A stretch of DNA of 64,000 nucleotides from an uncultured Gemmatimonadota bacterium (lineage in GTDB: Bacteria; JAAXHH01): NCBI GenBank assembly GCA_951812955.1, contig OX638340.1:576001-640000 (forward strand), read 5' to 3'. Each line of letters begins with the position of its first letter. Positions within the stretch are counted from its first letter, which is position 1. Below the pieces are notes generated by a model. The model ran no database searches and was not told where the DNA came from. It worked only from the letters and a program-made list of their open reading frames with translations. The translations under genes were made by a program, and so were the position numbers. Below, one piece after another: positions 37,960 to 47,213 of the stretch.

Positions 37960-40116
37960 CTAGGAGGATTCCTGCGGGGCTACGGCAGGTTCGAACGGAA
38001 GGCTAATGGCCATCTCGGTGTACTCCCCCGGTTCGGAATCCACCTCGATGTTACCCCCGTGCTCGCGGACGATATCGTTGGAGAGCGCCAGACCGAGGCC
38101 TGTGCCCTGGTCGGTAGGCTTGGTGGTAAAAAAGGGATTGAAGATCTTCTCCCGCACGTGGGGCGGTATCCCCTTGCCATTGTCCTTTATGCGCACGACG
38201 ATATGATCTTCCTCGCGGCGGGTGGACAGCCAGATCGCGGGTACGTATCCGCTTTCCGTATCCGGGTCTTCTCTTTTCTCGTTGGTCGCATGGCAGGCAT
38301 TGTTCACCATATTCAGAAACACACGGGCCATTTCCTGCGAAACGATCTCAATCTTTCCGAGATCGGGGTCGAAGTCCTCGTTGATTTCGAGTTGAAAATC
38401 CGGGTTGGATGCCCTGGCGGCGTGGTACGCCAGCCGGGCATGTTCTTCCAGTAACGCGTTTACGTCCGTGGACTGCTTGTCTCCCGATCCGCGCCCCATC
38501 TGCAACATGTCCCGCACGATCCGGTTGGCCCGTTCGCCGTGTTCCCTGATCCGGCGCAGATTATCCGTAAGATCACCGCCGATTTCCCGGATGAGATCGT
38601 TCTGCGCTTCGTCGAGCGAACCGCCGCCTTCAGGCAGTTCTTCATGCAGTTCCTCCAGCAGTTCTTCCGACGACTCCGCGAAGTTTTTTACGAAGTTCAG
38701 CGGGTTCTGGATTTCGTGGGCAACGCCTGCAGTTAGTTCGCCGAGGGCCGCCAGCTTTTCCCGCATGACGATCTGGTTCTGCGCCCGCTGCAGTTCGCCC
38801 AACGTTTCTTCCAGTTTGTCGTTCTTGCCCCGCAATTCCTCCGCGAGTTTTTCCACGAGGTTCAGCCGTTGCGCTTCGATCGAATGCAACCTGAACACTT
38901 CAAGCGCCGAGGCCATGTCCGCCACCTCGTCGCGGCCGTCCAGCTCCACTTTTTGTTTCAAGTCGCCCCCCGCCATGCGCCGCATGTGTTCGGACAGAAA
39001 ACCCAGGCGACGCAGCAGGACTTTTCCCACGAACAACCAGGCGATCAGCAAAGCGCCAATCAGGCTGACCGCGTTCAGAGCGAGCAGGAGCTGTCTTCCC
39101 ACCTGGATCGTCCGGGTCGACGCGACCGTCGCGGCCTGGGTGCTTGTCTGCGCCGAGTTTACGAGATTTTCCACCTCAGCAACCAGATCGACCGCGATAT
39201 TCCGATTGTTCTCTATCAGTGCTCGCTGCTGGTCAAGGAGTTCCAGATCTTCCGCACGAATCTGAAATATCTGCTCGTTTCCGCTTCCCAGTTCAAACAA
39301 TTGAGCGAATACCGGTTCGAGCCTCTGTCTCAGTGAAGACGTACCCAGGCCGGCGAGACTTCTTTCCACTCCCCCGCTGGCCGATTCGAACCGTTCCAGC
39401 AAGGGCTCTATCCTGTCGGCGTCGACGAGATTGAAGACATTCGACAGGATCCGGGTACTGACAGTCGCCTCGGTCTGCAATTCAGCGAGGTGGCGGTACC
39501 GCTGAAGTTCCAGCTCGGAAAGATACTCCGAACGGGGCGCCGCGGGCTCGTCGATGTTCCGGTAACCCGTCGTCGTGTAAAACAGCTGGTCGTCCAGGGC
39601 CGGGACAAGAATACCGGTCAGTTCGGATTGCAGCCGCCCCAGTTCCCTTCGTAACAACTGGCTTTGTTCTTCAAGGATGAAACGGCGCGCCACAGACTCC
39701 TCGATCATCCTGATGTTGGACATCAGCGTATTCCCGCTTTCGCTGATGCGTTGAAAGCGCTCGTTTTCCATGCTGTACGCGGCGATTGCCTCCAACTGAT
39801 CCGCGAAACTCTCCCGCTCGTTGGCAATACTCGCGGTCACGGCTTCGAAAGCCTCGGGGGTCTCCGCGGCCGCCAGACGAGGAGCGGCCGCCGCCAGCGT
39901 TCCGCTCCGCTGCGCCACCCCGAAGGCCGCGGCGATTTCGGGTACGGCTACCTCGTTCACTTCGCGCTGTGCTTCACCTACCTCGTTGAAGGCGAACCAC
40001 GCCACCAGACTTGCGAACATGGTGATCGCTACCGCAGTCCCGATACCCAGGTACAGCTGCCCCGAAATTCGGGACGGGCCCTTGTCGTATAACCACAGCA
40101 GCCACTTTTTGATCAT
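37960..40116 (-). CDS. sensor histidine kinase (2 TM, ~300-aa periplasmic domain, HAMP, HisKA, HATPase)
   Basis: 'LTAGVAHEIQNPLNFVKNF' H-box. 'DNGKGIP', 'FFTTKPTDQGTGLGLALSNDIVREHGG' G-boxes. Start overlaps the stop of the upstream binding-protein gene (ATGA). Confidence 0.85.
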   Translation of the reverse strand: MIKKWLLWLYDKGPSRISGQLYLGIGTAVAITMFASLVAWFAFNEVGEAQREVNEVAVPEIAAAFGVAQRSGTLAAAAPRLAAAETPEAFEAVTASIANERESFADQLEAIAAYSMENERFQRISESGNTLMSNIRMIEESVARRFILEEQSQLLRRELGRLQSELTGILVPALDDQLFYTTTGYRNIDEPAAPRSEYLSELELQRYRHLAELQTEATVSTRILSNVFNLVDADRIEPLLERFESASGGVERSLAGLGTSSLRQRLEPVFAQLFELGSGNEQIFQIRAEDLELLDQQRALIENNRNIAVDLVAEVENLVNSAQTSTQAATVASTRTIQVGRQLLLALNAVSLIGALLIAWLFVGKVLLRRLGFLSEHMRRMAGGDLKQKVELDGRDEVADMASALEVFRLHSIEAQRLNLVEKLAEELRGKNDKLEETLGELQRAQNQIVMREKLAALGELTAGVAHEIQNPLNFVKNFAESSEELLEELHEELPEGGGSLDEAQNDLIREIGGDLTDNLRRIREHGERANRIVRDMLQMGRGSGDKQSTDVNALLEEHARLAYHAARASNPDFQLEINEDFDPDLGKIEIVSQEMARVFLNMVNNACHATNEKREDPDTESGYVPAIWLSTRREEDHIVVRIKDNGKGIPPHVREKIFNPFFTTKPTDQGTGLGLALSNDIVREHGGNIEVDSEPGEYTEMAISLPFEPAVAPQESS

Positions 40117-41327
40117 GGCATTACGTCCCGGAGGGTATTGATGGGATGGTAACGGCCATCCTTTCCGATCACCGTGAGGAAAACGGCGTCGGAACCCTGG
40201 TTGTCCCCGGCTCCGAATTCAAGACGAAGACCGCCCATATCGATGGTCCCGGCCTGGTTCAGACTTTCCACGAGACAAGTCCGCCTTACGTCGGGACCGC
40301 AGCCTTCGAGCGCGGTGATGGCCAGTCTGCCCGCCAGGTATCCTTCGAAAGAAACGAATCCGGGTGTGGAGCCGGGCGCGTGCGCGGCGAGTGCGCGGCG
40401 ATACCGCACTGCAATGGCAATATTGCCGGCTGCAGGGAAGGGTACTACCTGGGAAACCAGTACACCCTGGCCATCGGGACCCAGCTCACCGGCCAGGGCG
40501 TTGCTTCCCACGAAGGAGATCGTCGCGAACACCGGGTTGAATCCCACGTGCCGCGCCCATGAGATGAGCGTAGCGACCGGATGGTACGCGCCGATGACGA
40601 CCACGGCGTCCGGCTTGCCGGCCTGCAGATCTAGCAGCCCCGCCTTGATCGCCGTGGTGTTCCGGGGATACACGCCGATCGCCACCGGATCCAGGTTCCT
40701 TCGATCCAGCGCTCGCCGCACACCCCGGTAACCCACCCGGCCGAAGGAATCGTTCTGGTACATCACGCCTATGCGCGTGATCCCCAGATCGCGCGAAAGG
40801 CGGTCGACGATTTCCTCGGTTTCCTGGAAATAGGAGGCGCGTAGATTGATGACGCCGGTTTCCGTGTTGTCCCTTAGGAAGATCGCGCCGGTAAATGGCG
40901 CGATATAGGGCACACCGGCCTGCGACGTGATGGGAACGGCCGAACGGGAAGTCGGCGTGCCGACCGCGCCGATCAGCGCGAATACGCCTTCGTCCTCAAT
41001 CAGCTTGCGCGTGTTTGCGATGGCGGCTTCGGGTTCGTAGGCGTCGTCGAGCGTAATGAGCGCAAGCCGCCGTCCATGTACGCCGCCCCTGCGGTTTGCT
41101 TCCTGGAAGGCCGCCTCGATGCCGAGGTTCATGTTGCGGCCGAGTTCCCTGGCAGGACCGCTGAACGCCGCCGACTGTCCGAACAGAATTTGTTCGTCCG
41201 TTACGCCGGGTTCTTCGATCTGGGAGGCGTTCGCGCCGCTGTGTGCTGGAATTAAAGCGGGAGAGAACGCCGTCGCACCAAGGGCGAGTAGTATGGCGAC
41301 CGCCCAGTGGTCACGCGTTCGTCTCAT
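40113..41327 (-). CDS. type-1 periplasmic binding protein (paralog of 33017..34180), coupled to the histidine kinase
   Basis: Signal peptide present. Shares 'ILFGQSAAFSGPARELG', 'LDDAYEP', 'ALIGAVGTPTS' and 'PFTGAIFLR' boxes with the other binding protein. 4-nt overlap with the kinase gene. Confidence 0.8.
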   Translation of the reverse strand: MRRTRDHWAVAILLALGATAFSPALIPAHSGANASQIEEPGVTDEQILFGQSAAFSGPARELGRNMNLGIEAAFQEANRRGGVHGRRLALITLDDAYEPEAAIANTRKLIEDEGVFALIGAVGTPTSRSAVPITSQAGVPYIAPFTGAIFLRDNTETGVINLRASYFQETEEIVDRLSRDLGITRIGVMYQNDSFGRVGYRGVRRALDRRNLDPVAIGVYPRNTTAIKAGLLDLQAGKPDAVVVIGAYHPVATLISWARHVGFNPVFATISFVGSNALAGELGPDGQGVLVSQVVPFPAAGNIAIAVRYRRALAAHAPGSTPGFVSFEGYLAGRLAITALEGCGPDVRRTCLVESLNQAGTIDMGGLRLEFGAGDNQGSDAVFLTVIGKDGRYHPINTLRDVMP

Positions 41328-41749
41328 CCATTTTCCTTCCGCTTGACGATCGTCAGGACGTTCTTGTCGTTTTCCCGGCGGTAGCTCAGTTCATCCATCA
41401 TGGTCCGAACCAGATAGATGCCGAGACCGCCGACGGGCCGGTCTTCAACCCCAGACTCGATATCCGGTTCCGGGGAGTCGGTAAGCGGGTTGAACGCCGG
41501 GCCTTCGTCCCGCAACTCGATGGTCAACGTTTCGGAATCGGAGTCCAGTACCACTTCGAATTCGTGTTCCGGGTCGTTGGCGTGGCCGTGGGTAACGATG
41601 TTGACGCCCAGTTCCTCAAGGACCAGCTTGACCTGGTACACCATGCCCGGCGGCCATTCTTCCGACTCGCCAAGTTCGTCCACGGCCTCGTAAATCCGTT
41701 CGAGTTGGTCCAGTCTGGTAGGCAGGCGAAGAGAGAGTTTTCTACGCAT
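41324..41749 (-). CDS. RsbW/SpoIIAB-like anti-sigma regulatory factor (GHKL Ser kinase)
   Basis: 141 aa with 'ELGVNIVTHG' (N-box) and 'DEGPAFNP...GGLGIYLVRTMMDE' (G-boxes). Confidence 0.7.
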   Translation of the reverse strand: MRRKLSLRLPTRLDQLERIYEAVDELGESEEWPPGMVYQVKLVLEELGVNIVTHGHANDPEHEFEVVLDSDSETLTIELRDEGPAFNPLTDSPEPDIESGVEDRPVGGLGIYLVRTMMDELSYRRENDKNVLTIVKRKENG

Positions 41750-41757
41750 GGGCGAAC

Positions 41758-42915
41758 CTAGCGTTGAAGCACGGTGACACAGGTTATATCATCCGACTGC
41801 GCCGTCTCCCCCGCGAAATCATGAACCGCTTTGAACACGGCCTTGTTCGCTTCTTCCGTGGTGGCGGGAGGGGAATCCGAGAATACCGCCTGCAGGCGAT
41901 CCATACCGAATTCCTCGCCGTCGGCGTTCATGGCTTCGGTAACTCCGTCCGTGTAGAGCACAAGCAAATCGCCGGGCGAGACCGAGATGGCAGACTGGCC
42001 AAACTCGACGCCGGGGAAGACCCCGAGGGCCATCCCGTCGGTTCCGGGGAGCAGGGTCGAAGAGCCATCGGGATGGACTACGAGCGGGGGATTGTGTCCT
42101 CCATTGGCGTAGTCGACCTGGCCGGTTTCGGGGGTGTACACCGCGTAGAACGTGGTGACGAACATAGCCGCTTCGTTTTCTTCAGTAAGGAGATCGTTGA
42201 CTTCCTTCAATACGGCGCCGGGATCCATGGCCCCGATTGCCGATCCCTTCAGCAGGGTCCGGCTCGACATCATGAACAGGGCCGCCGGCACGCCCTTGTC
42301 GGATACATCGGCGATGGCCAGGCCGATTCTACCGCCAGGCAAGGGAAAGACGTCGAAAAAATCGCCGCCGACTTCTCGGGCGGGCTCCATGTTCGCGAAG
42401 ATCGTGCAGTGATCGGAATCGGGAAACTCGGTCGGCAGAATCGACTGCTGCATCTTGCTGGCCACGTTCAGTTCGTTCTGCAGCCGAACCAGCTTATCCC
42501 GCGACTCCAGGGCTTCGCGCCATTCCTCCATGTTCTTCAGGGTGCGTTCGATGGTTACACGAAGGTCCTGGAAATCGATAGGCTTGGTAATGAAGTCGAA
42601 AGCACCCCGGTTCATGGCCGTCCGGATGTTCTTCATGTCCCCGTATGCGGATACCACGACGGCGCGGATGTCGGGGGCGATGTTCGGTATCTGCGCCAAC
42701 AGGGTCAGACCGTCCATCCTGGGCATGTTGATATCCGATAACACCATATCGATATCGGGGATCTCGCTCAGACGTTCCAGGGCTTCCACGCCGTTCTGGG
42801 CGAAAAACAGGGTGTATTGGCCGGAACGGACATCACGGCGCAATCGCTGACGCATGAGGTGTTCGAGATCCGGCTCATCGTCCACTACAAGGATTTTATA
42901 CGGTGTCTGCGTCAT
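41758..42915 (-). CDS. response-regulator receiver + PP2C/SpoIIE phosphatase (RsbU/HsbR-like)
   Basis: REC 'KILVVDDEP...DMVLSDINMPRMDG...FDFITKP'. PP2C 'GGDFFDVF...GLAIADVSDKGVPAAL...NGGHNPPLV...YTDGVTE'. Confidence 0.85.
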   Translation of the reverse strand: MTQTPYKILVVDDEPDLEHLMRQRLRRDVRSGQYTLFFAQNGVEALERLSEIPDIDMVLSDINMPRMDGLTLLAQIPNIAPDIRAVVVSAYGDMKNIRTAMNRGAFDFITKPIDFQDLRVTIERTLKNMEEWREALESRDKLVRLQNELNVASKMQQSILPTEFPDSDHCTIFANMEPAREVGGDFFDVFPLPGGRIGLAIADVSDKGVPAALFMMSSRTLLKGSAIGAMDPGAVLKEVNDLLTEENEAAMFVTTFYAVYTPETGQVDYANGGHNPPLVVHPDGSSTLLPGTDGMALGVFPGVEFGQSAISVSPGDLLVLYTDGVTEAMNADGEEFGMDRLQAVFSDSPPATTEEANKAVFKAVHDFAGETAQSDDITCVTVLQR

Positions 42916-43007
42916 CGCATCCCTGGACGCCGGCGCATCCGTTCGCTATCGACGCGCCCGGCATTTGAGCAGGTTTCTACCGTGAAGCGATCGGCCCGCA
43001 CGGCTAC

Positions 43008-43346
43008 TTACTGACCGATCTTATCCACGGCTTCCGCCTGGGTATCGTGGATGGAAATGATCTTGTCAAATCCGCTGATTTCGAAGACTTCACGGATCGG
43101 GTCCGACAGGGAGCACAGCGCGAAAGCGGCATTCCGCTTCTGAAGCAATCTAGCGATCAGCAGGATGACCCTCAGCCCGGCGCTGCTTATATAGGACAGC
43201 GCTCCGAAATCAAGCAACACCTTGCTGTCGTCTTCCGCAATGGCGCCGTTAAGCGCATCCTCGAATTCCCGGGCGTTCGCACCGTCGATTCGACCTTCAA
43301 CCTTCGCAATCAGTACCTCGTTTGCTCGGTCGACACTGATCTCCAT
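43008..43346 (-). CDS. STAS-domain anti-sigma-factor antagonist (RsbV/SpoIIAA/HsbA-like)
   Basis: 112 aa. 'LDFGALSYISSAGLRVIL' carries the conserved phosphorylatable Ser (underlined position: DFGALS-Y-I-S-S). Confidence 0.8.
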   Translation of the reverse strand: MEISVDRANEVLIAKVEGRIDGANAREFEDALNGAIAEDDSKVLLDFGALSYISSAGLRVILLIARLLQKRNAAFALCSLSDPIREVFEISGFDKIISIHDTQAEAVDKIGQ

Positions 43347-43485
43347 GAAACCATCCCCCTTTATCAGGTTTATAAAATCACCCTATTTGGCAAAAAGGCT
43401 TTATGTACTCCAATGGTAAAACTCGGTTGCGTATCCGGCAGGTGACCCATTGCCGGCCTGATCAATTCCCTGATACGGTACCTAC

Positions 43486-44277
43486 CTATCCCGAGGCGAG
43501 AATGGGATGCAACGGTCCACCGAACGGCTCGCCCGGTTTCAGTGTCTGGTCGCCTCCTGCGTCCCATCGGCCGTTGTAGTTCACGTATTCGGGAATATAG
43601 ATGATCGCCAGGGCTCTCCTGGGCGAATCGGTACGGTTCGATGTGGCGTAATGGAACGTGCATCCGTGATGAAAGGTGACGCCGCCTGCTTCCATTTCCA
43701 TTATGACGGGTTCAACCTCGTCATCGACGTCCGTACCTTCGATTTCTTTCAGTACGCTCGCACCCTCCGTACTCAAGGGCACGGGCGCCAGCCGGCCGTA
43801 TTGGTGCGAGCCTGGTATGAACTGCATGCAGCCGTTGTCTACAGTGACATCGTCCACGGCGATCCAGGCCGACAGCGCACCCACCTGCTCCATGGGCCAG
43901 TAAGGAGCGTCCTGATGCCAGTTGGTTTCCTTGCTCCGCTCGCCACCAGGCTTGATCAGTCCATGGTCATGGTAGATGACCAGGCGTTTGCACTTCGATA
44001 TCTTACGGGCGATCTCCGCCAGGCGCGCGTCAAAGGAATACTTGCGGATTACTTCGTGGTCCACCCACAGGTTGACCATCTGGTTGAATACGCGGTTGTA
44101 ATCCTCGTCCGTTTCACGCCCGCCGCCCAGTATGCGTTCCCTCTTCTCCGCTACCGTTTTGTCCAGCGCTTCTCTCAGTTCCGTCACTTCATCCTTCGAG
44201 AAGAACCTCGGAATCCGGAGATAACCATTCTCCTGAAAAAACTCAACCTCTTCGGCGCCAATGTGATTTGGATTCAT
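43486..44277 (-). CDS. phytanoyl-CoA dioxygenase (PhyH) family Fe(II)/2-oxoglutarate oxygenase
   Basis: 'WHQDAPYWP' (HxD) and '...FHHGCTFHYATSNRTDSPRRAL' (distal His, Arg). Confidence 0.75.
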   Translation of the reverse strand: MNPNHIGAEEVEFFQENGYLRIPRFFSKDEVTELREALDKTVAEKRERILGGGRETDEDYNRVFNQMVNLWVDHEVIRKYSFDARLAEIARKISKCKRLVIYHDHGLIKPGGERSKETNWHQDAPYWPMEQVGALSAWIAVDDVTVDNGCMQFIPGSHQYGRLAPVPLSTEGASVLKEIEGTDVDDEVEPVIMEMEAGGVTFHHGCTFHYATSNRTDSPRRALAIIYIPEYVNYNGRWDAGGDQTLKPGEPFGGPLHPILASG

Positions 44278-44501
44278 GTTAACGTAGAACCCGGGATTTA
44301 ATCGAATAAATCATATATAATCCTGGTCAACACAAATCAACAATAATAAACGTTTCAATGTCACAATCCGCACAAATCAAGTAATTTAACATTCGGTCTA
44401 TATTTATCAACCCTTTTCAAGTAGAAAGGGATATTTTACTTTATTGAACCGTACCGAAAACGCTTCGAATTTCGAATTCGTACCGCCGCAAGGAGCCGAC
44501 C

Positions 44502-45479
44502 ATGCCGCAAGACCGTTATCAAATCGGTGTCCAGGACTATATCGACTACCACCGGGATGGCTACCTGGTTGCCCGGGGACTCGTACCCGACACGGAAGTG
44601 GAGGAAATCCGCCGCCATACCGAGGAACTGATGCATGGCAGGATCATCATCGACGGTGTTGAGCCACCGCCGCCTGGCCTTACTCCCGAGCAGATGGGGC
44701 AGCACTGGCTGCGTATACACATGCTCCACCGGAAGCATGAACTGCATGAACGGTACCTGCTGCAACCCCGGATTCTGGATGTGCTAGAAGCCCTGATCGG
44801 TCCCGATGTGTCGGCGCTCCAGACCATGTTGTTTCTCAAGCCGCCGGGACGTGAGGGCCAGGGTTACCACCAGGACGCCTACTATATCCCCACCTATCCC
44901 GATACGCTGATCGGTTCGTGGCTGGCCGTGGATCCGGCGGATGAAGAGAATGGCTGCATGAAGGTCATACCGGGATCACACCATGAACCAATCTATCCGG
45001 ACGAAAACAAGCTGGGCCAAAACCATACCGACGGATCCATCGAGGATCTTGCCGTGATCGCGGGCGCCAGCGCGACGGATGAATCCGTGAACGGACTGAC
45101 GCCTGTCGCGGCAAAATACGGTGGCCGCGAGGTGGCTGCCTGCATGGCCCCGGGCGACGTCCTGTTCTTCCACAGCCATCTCCTGCACCGGTCGCACGCC
45201 AACCGGACGCAGACGCGTTTCCGCAGGGCCTTTGTAAGCCACTATTGTAACGCGAGGTCATTGGTGCCGTGGAACCACGGCGCCGAATTCGAGGGGACGA
45301 CCGCGAACAATCTCCATATCCTCGCCCGGGGAAATACTCACCTTGACTACGCGTTGCCGAAGTTCGGCACCCCGTGCGACGCGCTCAATCCCAGGGAGAC
45401 GGCCCGGGGTGTCCGCCCGGCGCGCATGATGGGCGGCATGCCTGCTTCGACCGTAAAGGGTGTTATGGTAACACGCTGA
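44502..45479 (+). CDS. phytanoyl-CoA dioxygenase (PhyH) family oxygenase, paralog
   Basis: 'YHQDAYYIP', 'GCMKVIPGSHH' and 'FFHSHLLHRSHANRTQTRFRRAF'. AAGGAG RBS. Confidence 0.75.
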   Translation: MPQDRYQIGVQDYIDYHRDGYLVARGLVPDTEVEEIRRHTEELMHGRIIIDGVEPPPPGLTPEQMGQHWLRIHMLHRKHELHERYLLQPRILDVLEALIGPDVSALQTMLFLKPPGREGQGYHQDAYYIPTYPDTLIGSWLAVDPADEENGCMKVIPGSHHEPIYPDENKLGQNHTDGSIEDLAVIAGASATDESVNGLTPVAAKYGGREVAACMAPGDVLFFHSHLLHRSHANRTQTRFRRAFVSHYCNARSLVPWNHGAEFEGTTANNLHILARGNTHLDYALPKFGTPCDALNPRETARGVRPARMMGGMPASTVKGVMVTR

Positions 45480-45564
45480 TCACTGGCAGGCCGGGCCGGT
45501 GATGGCTTTTAATGTAAACGGTGACCGGAAAGATCGTTTCAACGCGGTCGGAATGCCGCATGCC

Positions 45565-46845
45565 CTAAGCCCTGAAGAGATTCCGCGCCTTGTGAATGGC
45601 GGCGATCATGACATCGATCTCTTCGGAGGTGTTGTAGAAGTAGACACTTGCGCGCGCCGTAGCGCCATAGGGCGTGCCGAGTCGCCGCATCAGCGGTTGC
45701 GCGCAGTGATGACCCGCGCGGATGGCGACCCCCTGCCGATCCAGCACGGTGGACAGATCGCTGGGATGCATGTCTTCCAGGTTGAAAGAAACGGCGCCTC
45801 CCCTGCCCGGCGCGTGGCCGTAGACGGTCAGGCCGTCAATTTCCTCGAGCCGTCCGACCATGTAGTCCGTCAGCGCTCTTTCATGGGTATGAATCTGCTC
45901 CATGCCGACAGCTTCGAGGTAATCCACCACGTCTCCGAACACGATGGCATGGGCGATATTCGGGGTGCCTGCTTCGAATTTCTCTGGTATGTCCGCACAG
46001 GTAAACCCATCGAGGCGGACTTCGTCGATCATCGATCCCCCGCCCATGTACGGATCCATGGCTTCCAGCAGTTCCTCACGCCCGTAGAGTCCGCCGATAC
46101 CGGTCGGACCGCACATCTTGTGGCCGGAGAAGGCAAAGAAGTCGCAATCCAGACGCTGTACGTCCACCGGCATGTGAGGAACGCTTTGCGCGGCGTCTAA
46201 GAAGACCAGCGCGCTGGCCTGGCGGGCCCGCGTTACGATGTCGTCGATGGGGTTGACGGTACCGAGTACGTTCGACATGTGTGCGAGGGCGACGATGCGC
46301 GTCTTCTCCGAGATCAGCCGGTCCGCCTGTTCCATGTCGAGGGACCCGTCGTCTCGAATGTCGAAATACCGGATGACAGCGCCGGTTTCCTTCGCGAGCA
46401 TCTGCCAGGGCACGATATTGCTATGGTGCTCCATGACGGACAGCACGATTTCGTCCCCTGCCCGGACGTTCTTCCGGCCCCAGGCAGTGGCGACCAGGTT
46501 TATGCCTTCGGTGGTGTTGCGGACGAACACCAGGTTCCGGGCCGGCGCGTTGATGAATCGAGCCACTCGCTCCCGGGCGCCTTCGTAGGCATTGGTCGCT
46601 TCCTCGCTGAGCGTGTGGAGGCCGCGGTGTACATTGGCGTTGAGCCTGGTATAGTAATCGTCGAGGGCGTCGAGTACGACCCGGGGTTTCTGCGACGTCG
46701 CGCTGTTGTCCAGGTAGACCAGCGGTTTCCCGTGTATCCTGCGATCTAGAATTGGAAAATCACCGCGGTACCGCAGGGCGTGTTCGTCCGACCGGCGTAC
46801 CGCTTCATCCAGTTCTCGTGGCGTCTCAACCAGCGTTTCCGACAT
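45565..46845 (-). CDS. sufS: cysteine desulfurase, SufS subfamily
   Basis: 'FSGHKMCGPTGIGGLYG' (PLP-Lys) and 'RAGHHCAQPLMRRLG' (active Cys loop). Start 'MSETLVE' has an AAGGGA RBS. Confidence 0.85.
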   Translation of the reverse strand: MSETLVETPRELDEAVRRSDEHALRYRGDFPILDRRIHGKPLVYLDNSATSQKPRVVLDALDDYYTRLNANVHRGLHTLSEEATNAYEGARERVARFINAPARNLVFVRNTTEGINLVATAWGRKNVRAGDEIVLSVMEHHSNIVPWQMLAKETGAVIRYFDIRDDGSLDMEQADRLISEKTRIVALAHMSNVLGTVNPIDDIVTRARQASALVFLDAAQSVPHMPVDVQRLDCDFFAFSGHKMCGPTGIGGLYGREELLEAMDPYMGGGSMIDEVRLDGFTCADIPEKFEAGTPNIAHAIVFGDVVDYLEAVGMEQIHTHERALTDYMVGRLEEIDGLTVYGHAPGRGGAVSFNLEDMHPSDLSTVLDRQGVAIRAGHHCAQPLMRRLGTPYGATARASVYFYNTSEEIDVMIAAIHKARNLFRA

Positions 46846-46867
46846 AGATCCCTTACCAGCCAGGTGT

Positions 46868-47182
46868 TCAGTAGTCGATGCCAAGTTCAAGCTTGGCGTC
46901 TTCGGTCATCATGTCGATATGCCAGGTCGGTTCCCAGACGATCTCGATCAGCGCGTCCGAGACCTGTTCCAGGTCCTTCACCTTGGTCTCCACCTCGGCG
47001 GGGAGCGACTGGGCCGCCGGACAGTTCGGCGAGGTGAGCGTCATCTTGATGTTCGTCATACCGTCCTGTTGCACGTCGATCTCGTAGATCAGTCCCATTT
47101 CGTAGATGTTGACCGGGATCTCGGGATCGTAACACGACTTCAATACGTCCACGATCTGCTCTTTAACGGCATCCGTATCCAT
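46868..47182 (-). CDS. sufT: SUF-system FeS assembly protein, DUF59/MIP18 family
   Basis: 104 aa with 'DPEIPVNIYEMGLIY...TLTSPNCPAA' (DUF59 with conserved Cys). Confidence 0.8.
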   Translation of the reverse strand: MDTDAVKEQIVDVLKSCYDPEIPVNIYEMGLIYEIDVQQDGMTNIKMTLTSPNCPAAQSLPAEVETKVKDLEQVSDALIEIVWEPTWHIDMMTEDAKLELGIDY

Positions 47183-47213
47183 CCATAGACTCCTGTAAGC
47201 GTGAATGCGCCGG

